From positions 1,984,001-2,048,000 of the forward strand of contig VRMN01000002.1 of the NCBI GenBank assembly GCA_008690995.1: a DNA stretch of 64,000 nucleotides, given 5' to 3'. Of the stretch, positions 21,346-32,400 are shown piece by piece (the stretch's first letter is position 1; every line of letters begins with the position of its first letter). The translations under genes and the position numbers were made by a program. The DNA comes from Porphyridium purpureum. Taxonomy: Eukaryota. The notes below the pieces were generated by a model. That model worked only from the letters and a program-made list of their open reading frames with translations. It was not told the origin of the DNA and searched no databases.

Positions 21346-22878
21346 ATGGCGCCGCCGGATTTGTCCCAGGTGCCGGCGTGGGACCACGGGCTCGTCTTGG
21401 AGTATGACGCGTTCCTGAATACGCTGACATTCAACTCAAAAGATATCATCAACGCGCTCACGCGCGTCGCGCACGAGAACAAAAAGGACGCGCCCGCGAT
21501 TTGCTACGCGATTGAATCCAGTATCTTGCGGCACCATGGCGATCGCAAATTGCCGCTCGTTTACTTGCTCGACTCGGTTGTGAAGAACGTGCGCTCGCCA
21601 TACCTGGACTTGTTTGCGCCTCGCATAGGAATCATTCTTTGCGAGGCTTACAAAGCATCGTCGGTGGAGATTCGAGTCAAGCTGCGGAGATTGTTGGGCA
21701 CGTGGGTTCCGTACTTTGGCGCACAGAGCGTGCAGGCGCTGCAGGCACAACTGGACCAAATCGACAATATGGTAGTCAGCTCTGGCGCAGGCGCGGTGCA
21801 GCATATGGGAAGCAGCCAGGTGGCCATACTTCTTGAGCAGGATGTGCGGCGTAAGCTGGAGGAGCTCAATCGCTACACCCAGCATGGCATGCCCATTCCG
21901 GACGAGAAGCGCACGTCGTGCCAAGCGTCCATTGAGGCTCTAATAAATCTGGAAAACAACCCTGCCAAGAAACAAGCTCTGGCAGCTCTGCTGGCGCAGG
22001 TTTTGAGTGGCCAGCCGCAGCCGGCGGTCGCATCCAATGCACCTCTGCCAATGGTCGCGCCAGGGTATTTTGCCTTACCACAGCAGATGCAAATTGGTCA
22101 TCATCATCCTGCTGCTGCGGTCATGGCAGCGCCTGTTCCTCTGCAGCACCAGCCGCAGCAACAACAACAAGCCATGCATGCTGGCATGGACGGCACAGAG
22201 CCGACGAGCCACAAGGGCAAGAAGGCCAGTGCTGCTGCAGTCTCCAAGCCGCCCAAGCAAAGTGCGTGCACGAGCTTTGGAGCCTTGAAAAGCACATCGC
22301 CTGACGGCGCAGTATACGCTTTGTACGACAAATTGAGCCACGTTTCGAAACCTGACGGAGCTCGCTTTGCGAGCAAAGAGATGCTACGCGCACACTTGGA
22401 CTGGCTTTTCCAGTACAACAAGATGAAGAAGGAGAGAAAAAATTCGGCTGCGGCTTCGCGTCCGTGGTTCGCGCGTGTAGATGACTGGCAGCTGAATCTG
22501 AAGGAGGTCAGTATGTCAGACGCTGATGTTGCGGCCATTTTCAACCAGCAGGCGCGTGGCACTGGGGATGCCGGCTCTCAGCAACAATCCGTGGCATCTC
22601 AGCAGCTTACGGCTGTTGGGGAGGCCCGAAATGAGCTGGAGCAGCTGGAGGTTGGCGACGGAGACGAAGCCTGCGTGGTCTGCGGAGAAAAATTTGACAC
22701 AGAGTGGAATGATGAAAGGGAGGCCTGGATGCTCCAGGATGCCGTGCGTTTGAGTGATTCCGCGGAGCTCAGCATCTGCCACCCAAAGTGTTTGACCTCG
22801 TCTGGTGCAACTGGATCGAAGCACCAGCTCGAGGCGGCTGCCGATGCAACTTTACCATCCAAGCGGAGGCGCTCTTGA
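21346..22878 (+). CDS. PCF11: PCF11-like cleavage/polyadenylation factor
   Basis: CID domain (LTFNSKDIINALT, KLPLVYLLDSVVKNV), HLDWLF..SRPWF and C-terminal CVVCGEKF..W..CHPKC. Likely start ATG 21346. Confidence 0.9.
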   Translation: MAPPDLSQVPAWDHGLVLEYDAFLNTLTFNSKDIINALTRVAHENKKDAPAICYAIESSILRHHGDRKLPLVYLLDSVVKNVRSPYLDLFAPRIGIILCEAYKASSVEIRVKLRRLLGTWVPYFGAQSVQALQAQLDQIDNMVVSSGAGAVQHMGSSQVAILLEQDVRRKLEELNRYTQHGMPIPDEKRTSCQASIEALINLENNPAKKQALAALLAQVLSGQPQPAVASNAPLPMVAPGYFALPQQMQIGHHHPAAAVMAAPVPLQHQPQQQQQAMHAGMDGTEPTSHKGKKASAAAVSKPPKQSACTSFGALKSTSPDGAVYALYDKLSHVSKPDGARFASKEMLRAHLDWLFQYNKMKKERKNSAAASRPWFARVDDWQLNLKEVSMSDADVAAIFNQQARGTGDAGSQQQSVASQQLTAVGEARNELEQLEVGDGDEACVVCGEKFDTEWNDEREAWMLQDAVRLSDSAELSICHPKCLTSSGATGSKHQLEAAADATLPSKRRRS

Positions 22879-23399
22879 TACTTGATCTTTGTTTCGTGAT
22901 TCTTTCAGACAAGCGGTCTGAGTAGATAGCCAAGAAAAGTGCTATATGATGCGGGCCGTCTCAGCACCGGAGCGTGTCGATGTTTCGGAACCCATCGAAT
23001 GAGAACAAGAACTTGATCCCTTTTGTGTGTGTGAGTGTCTTGTGTCTCTAGTCTGTTTGCTTTGTTCCGCTTTTCTTTTGGGTGAAAGCCTGAAATGCGT
23101 CGGTGCAAACATCGCTATGGATTCCTCGCGGGCAGACACACTTCTAGTCGCTGGATCTCTTTATCCAGACATCAATGTCGCGCAGCAAACCTGGGAAGTG
23201 ACGTCACGGCATTCAGTTTTGAGAAAGAGAGGCAAACTTTACCAGCGAGAATAAAGGAACTCTACTTGTCTGATTTGAAAGCGAGCTTAAATACATCACG
23301 CGTGCCAACCTCAGTAGCATGGCGAACACACAAAAAATGAACGAGAGGAACGGGGCTGACGCCGTATCGATATCGTCGCGCCAACCTCGCTCTTCCCCT

Positions 23400-25061
<1,662 letters not shown>

Positions 25062-25369
25062 CTAACCCCTCTTCCCTCACCACCACCATCCCTCTTTTAC
25101 CGCCCCTTGCTGAACCCGCACGCGCCCACCCAATACCAGCTCCTTCATACTAAAACAGCACCGTCGCATGATTTTCATCGCGGCTCAGTACCTCGCTCCG
25201 TTCGGTTCTCACGTGTGAGACCAAAAGGCTCGCCGCTTTATTACGATTACAGGTTGCTAGCCAAGGCGCATTCTTCTAGTAAATCCATCCCATTTAATCA
25301 CAACTAACGTTCACCCCCCTGGCTGCGTCGTTCTGGGACGTTTGTGCGGAAAACACATTTGAATACAAG

Positions 25370-25384
25370 ATATATATATATTAA
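25370..25384 (+). promoter_or_regulatory. TATA-like element upstream of the tRNA gene
   Basis: ATATATATATATTAA lies 31-45 nt upstream of the tRNA 5' end in an otherwise GC-rich context. Confidence 0.5.
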
Positions 25385-25414
25385 TTTTCGCCTCTTCTTC
25401 CATCTCAAGAACAG

Positions 25415-25527
25415 GTGCCGTTGGTGTAGTGGTAGCAAGCCAACCTTGAACATGGGACGTTGCCAAGTAGGCCTTCACCGGTCTTCCGAAAGTCGTCCAG
25501 CCATGGGTTCGATTCCCGTACGGCATA
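25415..25527 (+). tRNA. trnG-GCC: tRNA-Gly(GCC) with a 15-nt D-arm insertion and a 27-nt canonical 37/38 intron
   Basis: Acceptor stem GTGCCGT/ACGGCAT+A; A box TGGTGTAGTGG; D-stem GTGT/ACAT after removing about 25435-25449; anticodon arm GGACG-TTGCCA^T-CGTCC after removing 25466-25492; T arm ATGGG-TTCGATT-CCCGT. Confidence 0.85.
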
Positions 25528-26357
25528 TCATCTTGAGGAAGAGAAGCATCCTGCGAAGGTGCTTCTCAACTCTTTTTGCTGGTGCTGGGCCCATTATGCT
25601 GGGCTGCAAAGTGCAGCACGTAGCCGTGGTGTCGCTTGCACACGTGCTGGCTGCCAAATTATTTTTTTCTTGGTTATGGTCATGGATCTGCATGTACGAT
25701 ATATCCAAGCTGAACAGTTCCCAAGGTATGTCGTCCCTGCAGAAGCGTTGGCCGATGAATGCGCGCGTGGCAAGCACGCTCAATCTTTTCATTGCCACAA
25801 ATGTATTCAAATGAACAAGCACGCTCATGCGGGCCCGTGCCTCGGCGTGCGTGTGAATGTGACCATTCATATCCTCTTGGCGCTCGCGACCATGATGCTG
25901 CACCTGTAGTTGTGAAGGGCATGCCGAGTTCAAACATACCGCCCAAGGGCTCGTAGCGGGCTCTTCAAAGCGTAGTTTCGGCTTTCCTTCGGAATGACTG
26001 GCATGTTCGATTAACCCGCCGCGAGTCTATGCGAAAGACGCAATCCTAGTCTCCGCACCAAGGACTTGCCTGTCCAGTGCCGCACGTGCCCCTCGGATTG
26101 CAGACATCATCTTGCCCATTTTGCACAGCTTGGCAGTGATGACTGAATGCCCTCTGAAAGCACAGGGTCGAGCGGGTCCGAACGTCGCGCATGATTGCGG
26201 CCCACTGGGAATCGGAACCGCCAGCGCTCCAAGGACATGGCCGCCGCACTTTTACACTTGAATGTTTTAGTTTCCTGTCTCGGTTCTCAACTAAATTTCA
26301 ACCTGAAAGTCGGGCGCGTGGGAGAGGGGAAGTCGCCAAAAAAGGTTGTGCGCAAGC

Positions 26358-27011
26358 ATGCGATGGCTATGCGGTGTCACGGTTGCACGGCGCGGGCTGT
26401 GCGCTGCCGTGCAGAATGCGGGAACCGGGACGGGCGGCTCAGATTCTATCCGTGACTTTCTGAAGCAGGTCAATGTGACGCGCTCCGTGCTCACGCCGCC
26501 GGAAAAGATTGGGATGACATCCTCCGAGGTGATGGAGATTGTAGAGTCAACGTCGGCGATCGGGGGCGACAAGCGAATGGATCCGGATTGGGCCGCACAA
26601 CCGCTGAAAACCGTGGCGGAACGATTGCAGGTGTCGCGCTTTTTTGTGAAGGAATTCGGGACCCCGATTCCGTCCAACGTGTTTCCAATGCTCAAGTGTG
26701 TCGCGGATTACGCGGCGTTTGTCGAGCGCGCGCTGGCGCCCGAGGTTGTTCCCTTGGTGGAGTTAAAGAGACCGGACTTGCCGCCCAATCTTCATCTGGA
26801 CCCGCGTACGCACACGCCCGCCAAGGTGATGACCGAATGGCGGCACCGCCTCAAACTGAACAAACGCAACCGCGAAGGAAGTTTCAAGTACATGGAGAAA
26901 CTTCATGAGGCCAAAGAGGCCGCTTGGAATTCAGATGGAAAGGGTCCAAACGACCCGGATACGCAAAAGCTTCCGTATCCGAACCAGCAGCCGACGTGGA
27001 GAAGGCTTTAA
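26358..27011 (+). CDS. Probable mitochondrial ribosomal protein mL50-like
   Basis: Presequence-like MRWLCGVTVARRGLC. EFGTPIPSNVFPMLKCVADYAAF and LPPNLHL resemble the Ribosomal_L50 pattern. Confidence 0.55.
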   Translation: MRWLCGVTVARRGLCAAVQNAGTGTGGSDSIRDFLKQVNVTRSVLTPPEKIGMTSSEVMEIVESTSAIGGDKRMDPDWAAQPLKTVAERLQVSRFFVKEFGTPIPSNVFPMLKCVADYAAFVERALAPEVVPLVELKRPDLPPNLHLDPRTHTPAKVMTEWRHRLKLNKRNREGSFKYMEKLHEAKEAAWNSDGKGPNDPDTQKLPYPNQQPTWRRL

Positions 27012-27058
27012 TATCGAACTCTACGCATTCGAGCACGTGCACGCGCACCGTCGTTCGG

Positions 27059-27457
27059 TCAGCGCGCATGTAGTTTGATCGATGCGGCTTGCTTTTTTCT
27101 GTTTGCAGCCATAAGTAGGGCGCCGCCGCCTGCCAGTACGCCGATAATTCCGATAACCGGTAAAGCCACAGCGACAGATACTGGAGGGAATGCTCGTTGT
27201 AATCCATGGTCCGGCACCAGCAGTGGCTTTCGCACACGCAGGCCAGAAACAGGAAACAAGTCGAAATAGAAAAGAGAGAAAGAGAGGTCGTCAGTCATTG
27301 AACTTCGTACAATCGCGGGAAACGGGGTCTTCCGAAATTTCGTGATTGGTGCAGCCACAGAAAACAATTCACGTACCAGCACAAAAATCCAGATTGTGTA
27401 ATATACAAACACAAAGAGACTGAATAGGACCAATGACGCGCCCACCAATCCGTCCAT
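27059..27457 (-). CDS. DPM2: Dolichol-phosphate mannose synthase regulatory subunit, 2 exons (27457-27377, 27226-27059), 82 aa
   Basis: Spliced product MDGLVGASLVLFSLFVFVYYTIWIFVL|PLLVPDHGLQRAFPPVSVAVALPVIG matches the DPM2 FxYYTxW..LP pattern. Intron has GTACGT, ACTGAC, a polypyrimidine tract and AAG. Confidence 0.88.
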   Translation of the reverse strand: MDGLVGASLVLFSLFVFVYYTIWIFVLVRELFSVAAPITKFRKTPFPAIVRSSMTDDLSFSLFYFDLFPVSGLRVRKPLLVPDHGLQRAFPPVSVAVALPVIGIIGVLAGGGALLMAANRKKQAASIKLHAR

Positions 27458-27828
27458 TGCAGTAGCCTATCCCATCCCGAAGCAGTCATTGCGACCATGT
27501 TATCGTTGGCAGCGAGTCAGTCAATCATTTCTCCCAAACATGGTTGAACAAATGGGTCAGTTCTTCCGTCCACCATTCGCGCCTTTACCGCCCTAACTCC
27601 CTCCCGAAACATCTGCGCAAGAGGCTCTGAACGCACCATAGTGGCCGATCCGGCCGGGAAAACAAGGACGTAGGCAAGAGTCAGCGGGTCCTGTGCACAT
27701 CCAAGCCCTTGCTCGACGACGCGAGTGCGTTGCGACAAGCCCTTGATCGTTTTCAAACTTTCGGACTTGTGCGGTCAAGCGCTGAGAGAGTCAGAGTGTG
27801 AGAGATTTGTGCGATTCACACGAAAACG

Positions 27829-28488
27829 ATGGCCGCGCAGATGGACGGCAGCAACAATGCGACTGCGATTGCAGGTGAAAGCGCCGCCGCGGATGACGCG
27901 CACACCGTGGATGTACGTGAACGATATTTTCTTCCCTGCCATTGCGCTCTGCTCGTGAGGATACATGAGCGTTGCGCGTGAGTCGTTGAAGCTGATACTA
28001 ACATGCTGCGATTGACTTGTACGATATGGGTATACACGTACGCGCGCGGATGATATGTACAGATCAATACATTGCTGGAACGTTTGGACAAGACGTTCCG
28101 CGAGAATTCCGAGCGTATGCAGCAAGGACGTACGTTGTGTTGACACCGCTCCGTTCAAGAGGTATCTATTCAGAGTATGTACGATATAACGGGAAACTAA
28201 CTGACAGAGACGAGCTGCTGATCTTCTCCTCTTTCCAATCCTGGGCGCTCATCCAATGCCATCCAAGTGAACAAGATGCAGCACCAGCTTGACGACTTGC
28301 AACAGTCGTTGCAGACGCTTCAGTCGCAGGGTGCGACCAGTGACGGGACTTCCGCCGGCAAGGTGCCCGAGGTTGGTGTCACAGCCAGTTCTCAAGCAGA
28401 GCAATCGCCTTCTGCGCCTGCCGACGCCGCTCCGTCCAATGCGGGTCTGCCCGAGCAAGACGATGCAGACAACGAAAACTTGGTCTGA
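27829..28488 (+). CDS. HSBP1: Heat shock factor binding protein 1-like, 3 exons (27829-27912, 28063-28129, 28268-28488), 123 aa
   Basis: Two GTACGT introns with TACTAAC and ACTAAC/ACTGAC branch sites. Spliced core TVD|INTLLERLDKTFRENSERMQQG|LNKMQHQLDDLQQSLQTLQSQ follows the HSBP1 coiled-coil pattern. Confidence 0.8.
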
Positions 28489-28749
28489 AAGGACAAGCGT
28501 TGGTAATTTCTGAAATTAATTTGGAATTTCTTTAATGTCACGGCAAGGCTCTTTTTTATTGTACGTTCAGATAAGCATTCCTATGTAATTTGTTAAAAAC
28601 AGCACACGCGAACCAAGAAAGGGCCTAGCGCGCGCTCGAGGACGCGCGCAGGCGATTGACAAGTGATGCGGAAGAGAGCTCGTCGCGCGACCGACGCCTG
28701 CACAGGTTAGGTGGCGAGAGCAACCGCAGGGTTGGCACCGTGCGCAAAG

Positions 28750-28968
28750 ATGTCTGCGCTGTTCAACTTTCAAAGTTTGTTGGTGCTGTTGATGCTGATG
28801 ATCTGCACGTGCACGTACGTGCGGCGGATGTACCCGTCGCTGCTCGACAACAATCGCGAAGGGTTCATGGGTTTGTTCTGGAAGTTTGCGAGAGTGGGCG
28901 AGCGGAAAAGTCCTTGGGTAGGTCTGTTTTGCTTCGCGCTGGGGCTCGTTCTATTATCGACGGCGTAG
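28750..28968 (+). CDS. TMEM167: Protein kish (TMEM167)
   Basis: [49 protein letters not shown] is the kish signature. Confidence 0.95.
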   Translation: MSALFNFQSLLVLLMLMICTCTYVRRMYPSLLDNNREGFMGLFWKFARVGERKSPWVGLFCFALGLVLLSTA

Positions 28969-29280
28969 AGAAGGGCCGACGGGCGACGCAGCATGAAGCA
29001 CTGCTGACGCGAGCGCACCACTTGGCCAGGGCTCGTGACGAAAAACTGTTGCTGCAACACCTAACCCGAGCCATCAATTTGGCATTTCGAAAGCATAACA
29101 GAAGAAGTCGGGTGGCTGTCAAAGTGCGGCAGTCGGGGCCAAAGATAAATTTGCAACCTTCGTCTCATACGACGCTGCCACTCCATAGGCAGGGTGTTCT
29201 TTTGCCGCGTCCCCGAACACATGATTTAATTGGTAAAAAATACTTACCGACTTGACGCCTGATTTCCATTCCTATCAATC

Positions 29281-31656
29281 TCACGGCTCCTTGCTCAAGT
29301 CCCATCGACTCAAAGTCCTGTGCAGCGTGGGTGGCGGCGGGAAGGCCAAATCAATACAGGACGGACTCGACTTGAGCACTTCTGCGGTTACGGTCGTTTC
29401 CCCAACAAGCTGCTGCGGCGCGAGATCAGCCAAATCGCTAAAGGATGCGACACTTGGTAGGCTGGGCAATGCCAAGCCGAAAGCAGACTGCTTCCTCTGG
29501 AAGCTGGCCAGGCTATACGAACTCATAAACTTGTTCCCAGCAACGATTTCCCCGCCTTCACGTGAAGCCTTCAGGATCAGACTCGAATACGGTGCCATAT
29601 TGTACGAGCTGGGAGCAGGTACTGACTTGTCCGCGTTAAAGTCCTTCGGGAACGGCAAGTTCGTGTCTACGATACGGTACCACCGGCCTCGCCCACCGCG
29701 ATCCGGAATGGTGACGTCGTACTGGTGGTTACCCGCGTTAAAGGCTACATAGATATCTTCACCGTGCTCGTGGTCAATCAGCGTACATGCCATGAAATTG
29801 TACTCAGAGTCCCAGTTCGGATTGAAAGGCTGCGCACCGTGCCACTGAATGTCGCTGCTCTCAATAAAATGATCTCGCATCAAAAACTTGTTCTTGCGCC
29901 GGAACCTGATGATCGATGTCGTGAATCGCAAGAGCTCCTTGGCTCCTTCTTCCTCCGCCAGTTTCTTCCACTGAAAATAGCTCAGGTCGCTATCTTGGCA
30001 CCAGCCATTGTTATTGCCATTCTTTGTGTGGCCATATTCATCGCCCATCAGGACCATGGGCGTGCCGGCAGAAACCATTAGCGCGACGAAAAAGTTCTTC
30101 ACTTGGCGCATGCGCAAGCTGCGAATCGCGAAGTCACTTGTGTGTCCTTCTACGCCACAGTTCCAGCTCCCATTGTGAGCCTCGCCGTCGCGATTATTCT
30201 CACCGTTCTGCTCATTGTGCTTTTCATTGTACGAAACCAAGTCCATCATTGAAAAGCCATCATGTGCCGTCACAAAATTAATCGAGTGGTACGCGCGGCG
30301 GCCAGCGCCGTACAGATCCTTGCTCCCACAGAGTCTAGTCGCAAAATCCTTCTTCGCATGTCCAACGCCACGAATAAACGAGCGGGCCGAGTCTCGATAC
30401 TTGCCATTCCATTCCGCCCACACTCCATAATGTGGAAAATTACCAACCAGGTACAATCCGGCGCAGTCCCAGGCCTCCGCTACGAGCTTGACATCTCGCA
30501 TGGTTGGATCCTTGGAAATCCGCTGAATCACTGGCGGGTCAGACATAGGGTTACCTTTCGGATCTCGGCACATGGCCGCGGCAAGGTCGAACCGAAAGCC
30601 ATCCACGCCCATTTCGTGTACCCAGTAGCGCAAGCAGTTATGCACCCACTCCGCCGTGACTGGGTTATTGCAGTTAACCGTGTTTCCACAGCCCGTGAAA
30701 TCCATGTACTTGCCTTTCGCGTCTCTCATGTAGTATGTGTCCAGACCTAGTGCCTTCATACCAAAGAAGCCCGGCGGCAAGCCACCGTCGCCAAATTCTG
30801 CCGTGTGGTTAAACACAACATCCAGCCAGACTTCCATGCCCGCGCGATGTAATTCCCGTACCATGATGCGAAACTCGTCCGCCGCGGTGAGGTCGCCCGC
30901 TTCAAGGGCGTACCGATTCATGGGGGAGAAAAAGTGCACAGTCGAATAGCCCCAGTACTGCGCCAGCTTCTTGCCCGAGACCGGGTTCTTGAGGTTCCAT
31001 TCGCACTCGTTGAATTCAAACACAGGAAGTAGCTCAACACAATTCACGCCCAGCGCTTTCAAGTACGGAATTTTTTCCACAATTCCCAGGTAGGTGCCGG
31101 GTGCCCGCGTCTTGCTCATACCCGACATGGTGAAACCGCGCACGTGCATCTCATACACGACAATGTCCTTGAGTGGAATTTTCGGACTTGACACGCCTTT
31201 CCAATCAAAATCCAGGAATCGCCGTCGCGGAATCACTGCGCGAGGCCGGAATGGAATCAAATCGTGGTTGTTGAAACTCTTCGGGCCCATGGGCGTCTTG
31301 AGAACAAGGGCGTATGGATCAAGCGCCAGGTTTGTGCCCCACTTGGGATTAATGTCCTCATCTTTGCCCACTTTCCACATGTACTCAAAGCCCTCCAGAT
31401 ACGGATACACGTGCACGTGCCACACATGTCCTGTTCGATTCACATGCGGGTCCAGCCTGAGCACCACTTTCGTCTGCTTCTTCGAGCCTGTCGACGCAGA
31501 CGACGTAGCTTGCGCCGGCTCATACAAAACCAGCGCCATGTCTGACTTTTCACGCGCGTAGATCGCGAAATTCACACCGGTACCATGCTCAGACACGCCG
31601 TAGGGCAGCGGCTTGCCCTTGCCCAACTTGATCTTGCTGCCGAAATCCTGCACCAT
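29281..31656 (-). CDS. Isoamylase / GlgX-type debranching enzyme (GH13 with CBM48)
   Basis: YEMHVRGFT, YWGYST, DVVFNHTAE, GFRFDLA, AEAWD, FVTAHDGF and GNNNGWCQD. No transit peptide before the CBM48 (start MVQDF at 31656). Confidence 0.96.
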   Translation of the reverse strand: MVQDFGSKIKLGKGKPLPYGVSEHGTGVNFAIYAREKSDMALVLYEPAQATSSASTGSKKQTKVVLRLDPHVNRTGHVWHVHVYPYLEGFEYMWKVGKDEDINPKWGTNLALDPYALVLKTPMGPKSFNNHDLIPFRPRAVIPRRRFLDFDWKGVSSPKIPLKDIVVYEMHVRGFTMSGMSKTRAPGTYLGIVEKIPYLKALGVNCVELLPVFEFNECEWNLKNPVSGKKLAQYWGYSTVHFFSPMNRYALEAGDLTAADEFRIMVRELHRAGMEVWLDVVFNHTAEFGDGGLPPGFFGMKALGLDTYYMRDAKGKYMDFTGCGNTVNCNNPVTAEWVHNCLRYWVHEMGVDGFRFDLAAAMCRDPKGNPMSDPPVIQRISKDPTMRDVKLVAEAWDCAGLYLVGNFPHYGVWAEWNGKYRDSARSFIRGVGHAKKDFATRLCGSKDLYGAGRRAYHSINFVTAHDGFSMMDLVSYNEKHNEQNGENNRDGEAHNGSWNCGVEGHTSDFAIRSLRMRQVKNFFVALMVSAGTPMVLMGDEYGHTKNGNNNGWCQDSDLSYFQWKKLAEEEGAKELLRFTTSIIRFRRKNKFLMRDHFIESSDIQWHGAQPFNPNWDSEYNFMACTLIDHEHGEDIYVAFNAGNHQYDVTIPDRGGRGRWYRIVDTNLPFPKDFNADKSVPAPSSYNMAPYSSLILKASREGGEIVAGNKFMSSYSLASFQRKQSAFGLALPSLPSVASFSDLADLAPQQLVGETTVTAEVLKSSPSCIDLAFPPPPTLHRTLSRWDLSKEP

Positions 31657-32400
31657 CGTGCAACACGAATTCACGTACGTTTACTATCAGGACGGCTCGT
31701 TCTCTGCAAGTCTCACAGGTCCGGCTTGAGCGCCCTTCTTTCCGCACAATGCAGTGCGCGAGTCAGGCGTATGCTCCGATAATCTCTCCTTCCGTCGCTC
31801 CGTCAATCTCCTCTTGCGCTCTCCTCGCATACGAACAGAGTCCGTTGGTTGTTACTGCGTTCCGCCTGTCGAAGGAGCACTGTACTTACTGTACTTCAGC
31901 GACCCATTCTGTCAGAAATGAGGAGCGACTCCGACCACGCATGGACGTGGCCGGGAAAGAAGCTTGAGTCCCATTCGCTGAAGAGAACAACTGCGACTTC
32001 CATCCCGTTTCAGACAAGCTAAGACTTGCTGGCTTTGTCAGCTTCAGCTATGTGTCTACTTGCCGACAAAACTGAGTATGAAGACAAGAGAACCGGTGCG
32101 GCGCAAGGAGTAGCACGCAAGGAAGCGAAAGCTGGTTGTTTGACAAACCCTGAAAGGATACGTTCTTGTGCAGTTTGAACGGGAACTCAGGACCTCTCAT
32201 CGTCTTACGGGAGCTTGGCATTGGGCACGGCTTGGTTGCAGAACCCTGCCGTGCGTAGGGAAGCGTGCGGGACGATCCTTCCCTCAATATTCACTCCGAC
32301 GCTCAGTGCCAGACGGGCGAGCTATTAATCCAACCAATAGCGCAAGTTGGCTCACATCAAGACTGAACACTCCAAGAGTCGTACAGCCAGGGATGCCGGC

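Noticed and set aside
25460..25493. Alternative anticodon (GCA or GAA) by shifting the intron boundary
   Set aside because: The canonical 37/38 placement gives a typical Gly(GCC) loop, and the D-arm, short variable loop and A73 fit Gly better.
26001..26040. GTTCGATT resembling a second tRNA T-loop
   Set aside because: No D-arm or anticodon arm can be assembled around it.
29240..29250. ATACTTACCG resembling the U1 snRNA 5' end
   Set aside because: Mismatch to ATACTTACCTG, no U1 stem-loops or Sm site recognised, and the following sequence is the isoamylase coding strand complement.
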